Source of the DNA: Octopus sinensis | Lineage: Eukaryota | DNA: 64,000 bases | NCBI RefSeq assembly: GCF_006345805.1 | Contig: NC_043013.1 | Span: forward strand, 56,172,001-56,236,000 | Reading direction: 5' to 3' | Shown: piece after piece, positions 38,493 through 50,412 of the stretch | Position numbering within the stretch: position 1 is the first letter of the stretch | Layout: each line of letters starts with the position of its first letter | Notes under the pieces: generated by a model | Databases searched by the model: none | The model's input: only the letters and a program-made list of their open reading frames with translations | Told to the model about the DNA's origin: nothing | Program-made: the position numbers and the translations under genes

Positions 38493-39719
38493 CTGTAAAA
38501 GGAAACGAAATACTACAAAAGTAATAATAAACCACAAAACCTTTCTTCTGAGAATCCACTATTCGTTTAACTCATAACACTTGTATAGATGCCTGACACT
38601 TTATGTTTTACTCACACACGCACATATATGTGTATGTATATGTACGTACATACATACACATATATATGTGTATATACTTACATATATATATACTTATATA
38701 TGTACATATATATATATGTATGTTTGTTTGTATATATGTATATCTCTGTGTGTATTAGAGCACTTTACAACAGTAGAATAAACGAGTTTGGTCTTCACAC
38801 ATAATGTTTATAGGAAATGGATGTTGCGTAGTAGCATTAATTATACATTGGGAAATATTATTCAATTATCTTCTTTACAAGTGAATGAGTTCTTGGTTTG
38901 TTAATGCACTTTAAGCACTCTCACCCTTTAGCTCTTTCACACATGTCTCTGCTTTAAACAAAATGGTTGCCGTGAAAGTGGGGTATGTCGTAATTAATAT
39001 ACAACGATTCTAATTGGAAAGTGTAAATAATTAAATGAATCATGAATACATAATACATCGGTTGGTACATTTGAGTTCTGAGATTAAAAATGGCTAATAG
39101 TAATTTTGTCACTACGTAAACACATAAGTGTTTGTGTGTAATGCGTGTGTGTGTGTGTATGTGCATGTGTCTGTGTGTGCAAGCATGTGAGCATGTGAGA
39201 GAGAGAGAGAGAGAGAGAAAAGCAGAAAGAACACGTATATGCATATATATGCATGCACATGTGTGTACATAGCTATAACAATAGTTATATGCTTATCAGC
39301 CCATCTGTCTATCTCTGCATCTCCCTCTCACTTGCTCTTCCTATCTCTCTCTCTTCCTCTTCCTCTTTCTCTTTCACTCTTCCCCTCTCTCCCCTCTCTC
39401 TCTTGCTCTATCTCCCCCACTTTCCCTCTGCTTTCGCTCTTTCTATATCACCCTCATCATCTTCATCATCCTTGATCTAAATTCCACTTTTCCATGCTTG
39501 CATGGGTTGGATGAAATTTGCAGAGACAAGTTTGTCATGGCCAGATGCTCTTCCTGTCTCCAACCTTCACCTGTTTCCAACTGAGGTAATATTAACCCAA
39601 GACTAGGCCTGTTTTTATGGTGGGAACAGGCATCACTCCAATAATGGCAACTCACATTTAAAACATTACATAATGTTGAAAACATAGACATTCGCACACA
39701 CACACACACACACATCAGT

Positions 39720-39915
39720 TTATCTATCTGTGTGTTTATGTGTGTGTGTGTTTACATCCCTGTAACTTAGCTGTTCGGTAAAAGAGAGTGATAGAATAAG
39801 TACAAGGCTTTAAAAAAATAAGTACGAGGATTAATTCATTCAACTAAAATTTCTTCAAGACGGTGCACCAGCATGGCCACAGTCTAATGACTGAACTAAG
39901 TAAAAGATAAAAGAT
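39720..39915 (+). mobile_element. SINE family B, 3' half
   Basis: tttacatccctgtaacttagc..gatagaataagtac..ccagcatggccacagtc. Confidence 0.8.
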
Positions 39916-40517
39916 CTATATATCTCTCAATAAAATATATATATAACTGGCTTCATTTCAGTTTCCGTCAGCTAAATCTACTCCCAAGGCTATAGCAGAG
40001 GAGATTTGCCCAAAGTTCCATCCAATGGGACTGAACCCAAAACCATGTAGTTTGGAAGCAAGCTTCTTACCACACAACCATTTGTTTATGTGTTTAATTA
40101 TGTGTGTGTGTGCATGTGCGAGAGTGTGTGCATATGTGTGTGTGTGATGTGCATGCAAATGTTTGAGTTCTTTTTATTATTTTACTAGTGTTAGTTGTTG
40201 GACTGTAGCCAAGCTGGAGCACAAACTTCAAGTTGATGGTTTCTAATGTGTTCTAGTTTCATGGTTTCTAACCCCCTCACCGTCCCTCCCCCAATCCACG
40301 TCCCAGTACTTTCTTATGAGCTTTGTTTATTAACTTTGTAAAGAAAGTTGACTTGGACATAAAAGGAAACGAAGACAGAAGCAGAACAAACTTCCTCAAA
40401 GATTTTTCTTTGACTCTTTGACTCCTTGACTGACATATTTATTTCCATCAAGAAAAAAAAACTAAATAAATAAATGGATGAAATGCCCCTCTTGAGCCCT
40501 AAGCTCTGAACGCTTGC

Positions 40518-40945
40518 TTACTCTTTTACTCTTTTACTTGTTTCAGTCATTTGACTGTGGCCATACTGGAGCACCGCCTTTAGTCAAGCAAATCGACCCC
40601 GGGACTTATTCTCTGTAAGCCCAGTACTTATTCTATCGGTCTCTTTTGCCGAACCGCTAAGTGACGGGGACGTAAACACACCAGCATTGGTTGTCAAGCA
40701 ATGCTAGGGGGACAAACACAGACACACAAACATATACACAAACACTTATATATATATATATATATATACAACAGGCTTCTTTCAGTTTCTGTCTACCAAA
40801 TCCACTCACAAGGCATTGGTCGGCCCGGGGCTATAGCTGAAGACACTTGCCCAAGATGCCACGCAGTGGGGCTGAACCCTAAACCATGTGGTTGGTTAGC
40901 AAGCTACTTACCACACAGCCACTCCTTACCACACAGCCACTCTTG
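40518..40945 (-). mobile_element. SINE family B, full length, with an 18-bp duplication at the head
   Basis: Reverse complement of 17674-18079; cttaccacacagccactc x2. Confidence 0.9.
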
Positions 40946-40974
40946 CTTCCCTATATTTTCTGTCATATACATAT

Positions 40975-41160
40975 CCAGCCTCCTTCCCTGGGTGGGATGC
41001 TACTCAATCGTAAGATGACTCATTTTCACCAATTGATGGACTGGAGCAACATGAAAGGAAGTGTTTTGCTCAAAAAGAAAACCTATTGCCTGGTCCAGGA
41101 ATCGAAACTACAATCTTATGATCATGAGTCCAACACCCTAACCACTAAGCCATACACTTC
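40975..41160 (-). mobile_element. SINE family C (V-domain-like core), partial
   Basis: Reverse complement of the 46072-46322 head (ggttagggtgttggac..atgatc.taag..ttcgattcctgg). Confidence 0.65.
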
Positions 41161-42279
41161 CACACTTCCATGTATACATACACACACACATACATGCACA
41201 TGCATACATACACACATACACACATACATACATACGTTTGCCATGCCGGACTGCTGAAATCTGTAAGTTTTTTTCATTCTTTTTCATTTTTTCATCGCTA
41301 GTTATTTTCTCTTATTCCTTTCTGTTGAAGAGCATAGGCTTGAAACGTAAAAGGCTTTCTCACCTCCCCAAGCATCAAACTAATACACCTGCTTGTTGTT
41401 CATACACCTGTCTTCGTCTTTTGTTCTCCTATAATTCCAACTACATACGTACGTACATATGTATTGTTAATGTTTGCTTTTATGTCCAGTTATAATAAAA
41501 ACACTTTTACATTAATCTGATGGGTTACTCCATTCTTTGGTACAGAAAATTTTTATTATTCTTAAACAAGAATATTATTAACAGTGACTTCGAAGTTTTA
41601 GCCAGTTAAGACATCATCAGACTGCCTCCGTACACATATATGCATGTCTATGAGTGCAGATGCACACACACATTTGTGTGTGTGTGTGTGTGTGCATGCA
41701 TGCATGCCTGTGTGCCTATCAGAATAAATGTAGATGTCATCAGTTTTCTGAAGAACTTCTCTTTTGGGGTCTCTTACAATATGGATAAGACACTGCAAAA
41801 AATACCAATTGCTGTTTGATTCTTTTAATATAAGATCGTTGGATACTAATTGGTTGTTGATTGGCCAGCTTTGATGCATCATAATTAAAGGTGTAACCTC
41901 TTCATTTAATTGCTGCAATTATTCAAAGACATCTTCCAATGAATGAACCGAGGTTTCTTGTTATTACTTACCTTCAGTTCTTGGTTCCATTGTCATAATC
42001 TTTCAGTTCCACAATAATTTAGAGAGTAGACAGCTTATTGGTGCTGGTTCACCTTCAACTAAACTTTATTCAGCCATATCTGCAAATATTGCTTTGTATC
42101 TTCGATGTATTTTGCAAGAACAACCGAAGTTGATGGCTTTTAAATTTAAAGAAAGCGAGTGAGAGAAAGAAAGAGAGGGTGGGAAAGAAGAGAGAGGGAA
42201 AAAGAGTGAGGAAAAAGGAGATAGAGAAGTTATGAGTATTAATGAGATGTGATGAACAGAGAGATTAAGATAGAGACAA

Positions 42280-42324
<45 letters not shown>

Positions 42325-43464
42325 ATGGGCATGAGTGTAAAAGGGGTAAACAGAATGTGGGAGGATTGTGGGGCAGGAAGAAGTGGATGATGTTTGAAAT
42401 GTCACTGTGCCATAATCACACAAGGTGTCACTGGTGAAGTTATATCCTCATTTATTGTCAACCTGGCCGTACTGACTCCTATTCCATTCAAATAAACATC
42501 CCTATTTACCTCTCTTACTTCCACACCAGATGGCAGCAGTTTTCTTGCTGCTTTTTCCCATATTTCACAGGAAGGTAGAAGATGGCTTCTTCACCTCAAG
42601 TTATTCTTACTTCACCTGCTGCCAACTTCAACAGGTGTAATACCTTTGAAGAAGCGGGTCTTTGACTTAAGACAACCCAGAACAGGAACTGGTTAATCTT
42701 CAAACACAGGATGTCATCGATCCATTGATTACTGATAACATTTGCTTCATATTGGTTATTGATCCATTAATGACTGACAGAACTATGCCAAAACCCTGGA
42801 GAGTGGCAAGCAGGAGGATGTTAACATTAGCCAGTTTCTTTTCCAAAGGAATCCAATCTCTTGCTTATCAAAGAAATACCCCTTTGATAGTTGTGTTGCA
42901 GTCACCACAAGATAAAGACTTCAGTCAATCAGAAGAGAACCTTAAGACAAAACAGACCCTGCCCCGCCCCATTTCCATCAACTTTTACTCCATGTTCAAT
43001 GAATAACATTGTCACATCACAATATGGATATTGGCATGTCTTGTATGAATGGAGGAGGCAACTTCATAGGCTGCCTCCAATATATTTAATTATCTATTGA
43101 GTTTGCTTGACTCTAATGACAAACAGAGGCTGATTTGATAACTAAATGACCGAGAACAAACTGCAGCAAAAACACTTGCCATAGCACATTAAAATAATAC
43201 CCCAATTTTGAAATGGTTGAACAGAAATATATATTATTAAACACCCATCTCATAAATAAATAAATAAATGAAACAAATAAAAAGTGCAGCTGAATATTTT
43301 AAACTTTTAATTAAAAAAAAATTAAAACATAAATTAAAATAAAATACTTTGTTTCTTGAAATGTCATCAAATATTTTCATGTTTCTCAGATGGTCTCCAG
43401 TTTTTTTTTTGTTTTTTGTTTTTATTTGCTGTTGAAGTATCTTGCCTTCAAAAGTAGAACTCAC

Positions 43465-43541
43465 ATTTCAGCTTTTTAAAAACATCGTTGATGAAATGCG
43501 GATGGTTTTTGAAGTCCTAAATGCATTTTAAATTTAAATAG
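43465..43541 (-). other. Candidate minus-strand exon (77 nt; alternative acceptor gives 52 nt)
   Basis: ttttttccccctgttcag|CTA...AAAT|gtgagt. Confidence 0.25.
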
Positions 43542-43769
43542 CTGAACAGGGGGAAAAAAATTTTAATTCAGAGGGGAAATAAAGTGATGGGAATAAAATT
43601 AAAGGAAAGAAAAGAAGAAAAAAAATGCAGCAATGTTTATGAATGATTTGAAATTATAACCAAGTGATGAAAAAAAAAAAGAAACGAGAAAAGAACGAGT
43701 GAAACCATTATACTAGGTTACAAGTTGTTTGTAAACTTCATGAAATGGTCACCAAGAATATTTTTTACT

Positions 43770-43877
43770 GCCCTCCCCCCTCCCTCTCTCTCACTCATTC
43801 TTTATTTTCGCTTTCTATCTTTTCACTCTTGCTCTTAATTTTTCTCATACCTCTTCAAATTCTCATCTTCCCTTCCT

Positions 43878-43914
<37 letters not shown>

Positions 43915-44640
43915 CTTCTCTTCTTTTCATTGTCCTTCACTCTATCGACTCTTTCCTCTTCCTCCTTCCCTCATTTTTCTTTTGCCTTCTTTATCTCTCC
44001 TCCTCTCTCTTCATCTCCCTTCCTCTCTTTCCCTTGCTCTTTTCTACCTTTCCATCTTTCTTTACTCTTCATCCTTTTTATTAAATTTTTCCTATCTCTT
44101 CCTTCCTCCCACTTTCTCCTCTCTTTCTTCTTTCTCCTCTTTCTACTTCCTCTTCTCCTCATTCTCACTTCTTATTCTCTCACCTACCCCTCTCTCAATA
44201 AACTATCTCTCTCCCCTTCTAGTTCTTCTCCCTCATCCTCTTTGCCCATCCATTTCTCTCTCTCTCTCTCTCTCTCTCCACATTTTTCTCTTGCTCCATC
44301 GCCCTGTCTCCCTTGTGCTCTCTAACTCCCTTTCTCTCTCTATCTCACTACTTCTTTACCTTGTCTCACTCTCTCTTTGTCTCACTCTCTCTTTGTCTTC
44401 CTCTCTCTCTCTCACTCAGTCTTACTACATCTCCCAAATTCCTTCTCCCCTCGTTTGGCTCTCACACTCTCTTTCTGCTTCACTCCCCCTTACTTCTTAT
44501 CCACCCCACTTTTCCATCTATGCCCTATCTAAAGTTCTCTCTCTCTTCTCTCTCATCTCTCTTCCACTCCTTACTCTCCACAACCAACTAACGAGCTCCA
44601 TCAGCAATACTAATTATTAGCTGCAGCACACAGTCATCTT
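43770..44640. repeat. About 870-bp CT-rich polypyrimidine low-complexity tract
   Basis: Direct reading; source of the spurious 291-aa ORF. Confidence 0.9.
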
Positions 44641-44865
44641 CCATTTCTCTTTCTCATCATTTTACTCTCTGTTCTCCTCTCAAACTGATTAATCTATGAT
44701 ATGACATTGTATCACATCACAACAGGTACAGAAAATATTTCCACTGACAGAAGGAGAATGGTGGGGGAGATATAAGAAGAGCAAAGGGTGGAGACATCGA
44801 ATGATGAGGGTTTTTTTTTTTAGTTCTGTTTGTATAGTTTTGATGTCATTATTTTCCCAGGATAA

Positions 44866-45307
44866 TGGTGGCGAGCTTGCAGAATCGTTGGGCAAAATAC
44901 TTTGCGGTATTTCATCTACCATTATGTCCTGAGTTCAAATTCCACAGAGATCGACTTTTCCTGTCATCCTTTCGAGGTTGATAAATTAACCCTTTCATTA
45001 CCAACCCAGCTGAATCCGCCTCTGGCTCTGTAGTACAAATGTCTTTGTTTCCATAAGTTTTGAATTAAAATCTTCCACGAAACTTTAGTCACAATTTATG
45101 TTCCTAACACTAGCTAATGATAACTAAGTTATTTTACTAAATTCTTTATTATATTTAAAGTAATTGAAAGAAACACAGAGCATCTCAAAATAAATACGGT
45201 AACAAAAGGGTTAAGTACCAGTAAAACACTGGGGGGGGGGGCAATGTAATCGACTAGTCCCTTCCCCACAAATTTCAGGCCTTGTGCCTCTTGTAGAAAG
45301 GATTATT
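44866..45307 (+). mobile_element. SINE family A interrupted by a MITE
   Basis: ...gataaa|ttaa[MITE]ttaa|gtaccag restores the SINE core. Confidence 0.85.
44990..45210. mobile_element. piggyBac-type MITE (221 bp)
   Basis: TTAA TSD at 44986-44989 and 45211-45214; TIR ccctttcattacc / ggtaacaaaaggg. Confidence 0.9.
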
Positions 45308-45898
45308 GTCTCAAGGTAAATTTCTTCAACATAAGACATTCCCTAACTTGTCAGTTCCTCAAAAGACACAATAACTGTACCAGGTGCCATAACTAACCAT
45401 CATTATCACGTAATTATGTTTTATAATCATTTTCTTTTTAATCTTTTAACGTTTTAAGTGACAGAACTGTGGCCATGCTGGAGCACTGCCTTCATTGGCT
45501 TCATTTGTAATGGACATCTTTAAATGGTAAAATCTTTGGTTTTTAATCAGAGTTACAATTCTTTTAAATTTACCTCCACTTTTATGGACAAACATAGGAT
45601 TTCTTCAGGCAGCATCCACCAGCGTGCTACTCTCCCCGATGCCACACAACTTCCCAACTAAGATACTTCAGTCTATATTTTTAATGTTGAACTGTTGCCA
45701 GACATTTTGTTCATGGGAGACATAAACCATATTATTGCTGCTCAGATGGTGACAGTGTTCTGAGGAGATGCACGTGCACCTACACACACACACACATATA
45801 CACATAAGCATACACTAACACACACACACACACACATTTAAACCATGCACAAATATATATCTATGTCTATAGATATCTATAAAACATCACGCTATCTT

Positions 45899-45957
<59 letters not shown>

Positions 45958-46071
45958 GTATGTATATATATATATATACATACACACATACAATACATAC
46001 ATACATACATATGCACATACATACATACATACATATATATATATGCACATATATATGCATGTGTGTGTGTG

Positions 46072-46322
46072 TAGAGGCATGTGGATTAATGGTTAGGGTG
46101 TTGGACTTATGAGTGTAAGATTGTGGTTTTGATTCCTGGACTTGGCAGTGCATTGTGTTCTTGAGCAGAACACTTTATTTCATGTTGCTCCAGTCCACTC
46201 AGATGGCAAAAATGAGTCATCCTGTGAAGGACTGGTGTCCTCTCCAGGTGGGGAATGTATATGCCATGAAACCAGGAAACTGACCCTCATGAACCTGGCA
46301 TGGCTCAAGAAGGAAACAGTTA
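46072..46322 (+). mobile_element. SINE family C (tRNA-like head, tcttgagcagaacactt V-domain-like core)
   Basis: A/B-box-like head; paralogues at about 29770-29890, 40975-41160 and 56905-57322. Confidence 0.75.
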
Positions 46323-46522
46323 TTTATTTATGATATATATATATATACGTTTTGCAAGCAACTTGCCCATGCAAGTGTTGCCAGTCGAAAACTCTGCATA
46401 CTGGAAGCCAGCAAGTGTATGGGATCATCAGGAGAGAATGCATGCCCTTTTAGGGCCTACCAACGGCATCAGTGCGCACTGACCTGTACCACTGCTCTGA
46501 GGCCCTGCTTGCAAGATGAACT

Positions 46523-46784
46523 GGTGAGGGGAGTGTTGTTATTGTTAGGCTTAACTCATCGTAACGCAAATACCATCATGACCGATATCCAAACTACAGG
46601 GGATTTCGTTAAAAAGAGATGATGAGTGATGCCTAAAAAAATATTGAGCTCAAATGAGCTCAATATTTTTTTAGGCATCACTCATCATCTCTTTTTAACG
46701 AAATCCCCTGTAGTTTGGATATCGGTCATGATGGTATTTACGTTACGATGAGTTAAGTCTAACAATAACAACACTCCCCTCACC
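46523..46784. repeat. 262-bp near-perfect palindrome (about 130-bp arms, 2-4 nt loop)
   Basis: Centre gagctc aaat gagctc at 46646-46661; two mismatches between arms. Confidence 0.97.
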
Positions 46785-46870
46785 CTGTGTCCAACAAACC
46801 CTTTACATCCGAGTTCAACTGGATAATGCTCCACTTTCCAGTCTGCATTTCTATATTGGCAAGAAAGAGA
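46656..46870 (-). mobile_element. C-terminal fragment of a HERO-like non-LTR retrotransposon (restriction-like endonuclease)
   Basis: WKVEHYPVELGCKGFVG matches the GW....PVEVGCRGF motif of HERO-type RLE domains; ends near KRDDE in an adjacent frame. Confidence 0.65.
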
Positions 46871-47235
46871 ATGCATGGTCTGGGTTTCACATTTTTTATC
46901 ATGGTATTTTAACATTAAAAAAGATATTTTGTAATGTTCCTAAAGTTTAACCAATGCTTTCATATTTCGTAGTAATCATCAGATTCCAAAATGCCTTTAA
47001 CTGACAGTCAGGGTCTTGACAACTGTAGTAAAATGACTGACTTCTTCTTCTCAGAAGACTCCAACAAGCTAAATATTTTGGAATACGGTTTTGACCAATC
47101 CACATGCAGCTTAGAAGTCATGGTTTGCTGGGTGTACCGATATTACTGGCATACATCCCATCTTTATTTTAACCAATTAGTTTGTGGTTTACATGTAATG
47201 GTTTTATGAGTGAGAAAACTCAGTTGGTTTTGACA

Positions 47236-47640
47236 GAAGTGGCTGTGTGGTTAGTAGCTTGCTTACGAACCACATGGTTCCAGGTTCAGTCCCACTGCGT
47301 GGCACCTTCGGCAAGTGTCTTCAACTATAGCCTCAGGTCAACCAAAGCCTTGTGAGTAGATTTGGTAGACAGAAACTGAAAGAAGCCCATCATATATATG
47401 TATATGTATATATATGTGTGTGTGTGTGTTTGTCTCCCCCAACATCGCTAGACAACCAATGCTGGTGTGTTTCTGTCCCTATAACTTAGCAGTTCGGCAA
47501 AAGAGACCAATAAAATAAGTAGTATGCTTACAAAGAATAAGTCCTGGGGTCTTTTTGCTTGACTAAAGGCAGTGCTCCAGCATGGCTACAATCAAATGAC
47601 TGAAACAAGTAAAAGAGAGTAAAAGAATAAAAAAGAGAGT
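47236..47640 (+). mobile_element. SINE family B, full length
   Basis: Colinear with 17674-18079. Confidence 0.9.
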
Positions 47641-47862
47641 AATCATATGTTAAAGATATTTTTGAATCCCCTGATCCTTAACTGGTTGTTATATTATTGT
47701 TGTTATTTCCCTTCGGAACAAGTTTGAACCTTTTAATAAAAACGTTTTTCTTTCATCTTTCTGCCAACTTCATTTGTGACATGTAGTTTGTGGAAAGGAA
47801 ATATTAGAAACATTTTCTGACCACATGTTTCTACATGTTCACTCAATGGCATTTGACAAACA

Positions 47863-48480
47863 TTAGTGTTCCAAATTTATTGTCTGTGGACTCGTGAGTG
47901 TTCTGATGATAATACATTCCCTGTCTTGCCAATATAATAGTTCCTTGCAATTCATAAATTTAATACAGGAGATCAAATTTCTGCTTTTGCAGTTCATATC
48001 TGCATTTGCAAAAATCTGTCCATTTTTTGCTCCAATGGATCTGCCTGTATGCATGTATTGACACGTTCTACATCTGTTATCATTACACTTGGATACTGTG
48101 AATGTTCTATCCTGTTCGTTCATGTTGAATTTTGCCTTTCTTAATAAGTTTCTTTAGGTTATGTGGTTGCCTTTTGCTTAAGATAAGTGTTTGGTTAGTT
48201 ATTATGTTTTTAAATTTCTCACTTTGTTTCATGATTAAAAATTTTTTTTTGAAAATGTTAAAAATATTTTGGTGATGTGGATTGTGTGTTACTAGAAATG
48301 GTATTGTGTTCTGTTGATGGGTTCGTCTTTCTCATGTTGCCCTAAGTTGTTCTATAGTTATCTCTTTTGCTCGTTGTGTGCTATTTTCTATAAGTAGGTT
48401 AGGGTAATTTTGCTTGAGCAGAAATCCTTTGAGTTTTATAAGTCATGTGTTTCTGATAGTTGGATCATCTGCTGTAGTAC
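47863..48480 (-). mobile_element. Penelope-like element remnant (RT thumb + GIY-YIG endonuclease start)
   Basis: LKGFLLKQNYPNLLIE..PFLVTHNP..KRQPHNLKKL, then KCNDNRCRTCQY..MNCKSRNLISCIK..CKEL (degenerate CxS.NLIY.I.C..C...YIG). Confidence 0.8.
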
Positions 48481-48670
48481 AAATTTAAATACATTTTGAA
48501 ATCTGATGATTACTATGAACGTATGAAAGTGCTAATTGAACTTTATAAATTTACAAAATATTTTCATAATGTTAGAATACCATAATAAAAAACAGGAAAA
48601 CCAGACCATGTCTTAACTTTATTCAACTGATATATTATTCGTTACACATTCACATAAATTCAGAAAATAT

Positions 48671-48925
48671 ATCATCATCATCATTGTTCAACATCCATTT
48701 TCCATGCTGGCATGGATTGGACGGTTTGACTGGGGTCTGGGAAGGCGGGAGGCTGCACCAGGCCCCAATCTGATCAGGCAGTGTTTCTACAGCTGGATGC
48801 TCTTCCTAACGCCAACCATTCCGAGAGTGTGGTGGGTGCTCTTTACATGCCACCGGCACAAGTGACCAGAGGATCTAGCATCAACCACAGTTGGATGGTA
48901 CTTTTCATGTGCTACCAGCACGGAA

Positions 48926-48928
<3 letters not shown>
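48671..48928 (-). mobile_element. RTE LINE 3' end
   Basis: Same 3'UTR as 61200-61460; a short plus-strand copy follows at 48996-49037. Confidence 0.85.
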
Positions 48929-48995
<67 letters not shown>

Positions 48996-49647
48996 TCCAA
49001 CCCATGCTAGCATGGAAAGCGGACGCTAAATGATGATATACATATATTAAAAGAGCATTAAACTAATACACCTGCTTATTGTTCCTACGCCTGTCTTTGT
49101 TTTTTGTTTTCTGGAAATTTGAACTATATATATATATATATATATTTGTTTGTGTGTCTCTTTCTCTCTCTCTCTGTCTATATCTACATACATATATCAA
49201 ATATGTCTATATATCACATCACAATTTACAAATGTGTTTTGCTTGTGGTCCCAATGACAGGTGGGCGGGGAACAAAACAGTAAAATGAAAATGAGTTTAG
49301 TGGTAATTAAAGACATTCAAAGCAGGTGAGGGAAAGTGATGCAGTGAATGGTTTTGCAATGGCTGGAGTATTTCAATTAGCATGAGGCCACCATAGCCAC
49401 AGTTCCATTCAGAAAGATAAGAACAAGAAGGTCTTGAAGCATTAATAAACTCAAGAAGAACATTTCTCTAAATTAATCATAAAGAAATATGAAAAATCCT
49501 TAGCAAAAAAATATCAAACTCAAACACAGTCATATTTCCATCATTGACATCATCATCATCATCATCATAGTCGTCGTCGTCGTCATCATCATCGTCATCA
49601 CATCATCATCACCATCATCATCATCATCATCACTAGTTTTACTAATA

Positions 49648-49990
49648 CAGTAATACCTTTACTTTACGAGGACCTGCTTTACAAGACCCTGAGTTTGCGA
49701 GTTTTATTTTCAAAGACAAGATCCAAAATTTGAATGAAGTGCAAAAGTTTCTACTACTGTACAAATTCTTCTACTTGTTACCAAGAAATTTATAGAGAGT
49801 GAAAACAAAAATTCTTCTAAGAAAACAACTCTAAACTTGTTTCTTTAAAAAAAGAAATCTACAAGTCCATCCATGAGTGCTTGTAAATTGCCAGTCGTTT
49901 CTACAAGTGAAAGTGATTCAGAAAACGATTATAATAATAATATTTTTTTTATAAATGATCTTGACATCCCTTTTACTTTATGTAGAATAT
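49648..49990 (+). mobile_element. Internally deleted pogo/Tigger-like DNA transposon
   Basis: TA + cagtaatacct..acttacgag-like TIR; degenerate QDP.FE.SAKVSTTVQ and KKTTLNLFL C-terminal motifs. Confidence 0.5.
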
Positions 49991-50337
49991 TCTTTACATT
50001 CCACTGTTGTTTTATTGCCATTTATTTACGAGTATTATGAATTCTATATGTAAAATATTCAACTCGATAGAAGACAATTGCCAAAGTTTTGTCACAAAAG
50101 GATTGAACCTAAAGTCAGAAGCTTATATAGTGAAAAACTGGATCTCAGCGATACCTGTAACCATTCCATGTCAGCAATATGTCTTTGAGTAATCAACCTG
50201 AGTTATTTCTATATTTTTTGCTACATGACAAAACCATCATTATCATTCCCAATTTTATGAATCATCACACCAAGAATTTGCCATCATCATCATCATCATC
50301 ATCATCATGGCAAATTCTTGCCACTTATATATATATA

Positions 50338-50345
50338 TGTGTATA

Positions 50346-50410
<65 letters not shown>
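50338..50410. repeat. (TA)n microsatellite
   Basis: Direct reading. Confidence 0.95.

Positions 50411-50412
<2 letters not shown>

Noticed and set aside
43745-44620. 291-aa ORF, the longest in the track
   Set aside because: L/S/F/P-only translation of a CT tract; stop codons are absent for compositional reasons.
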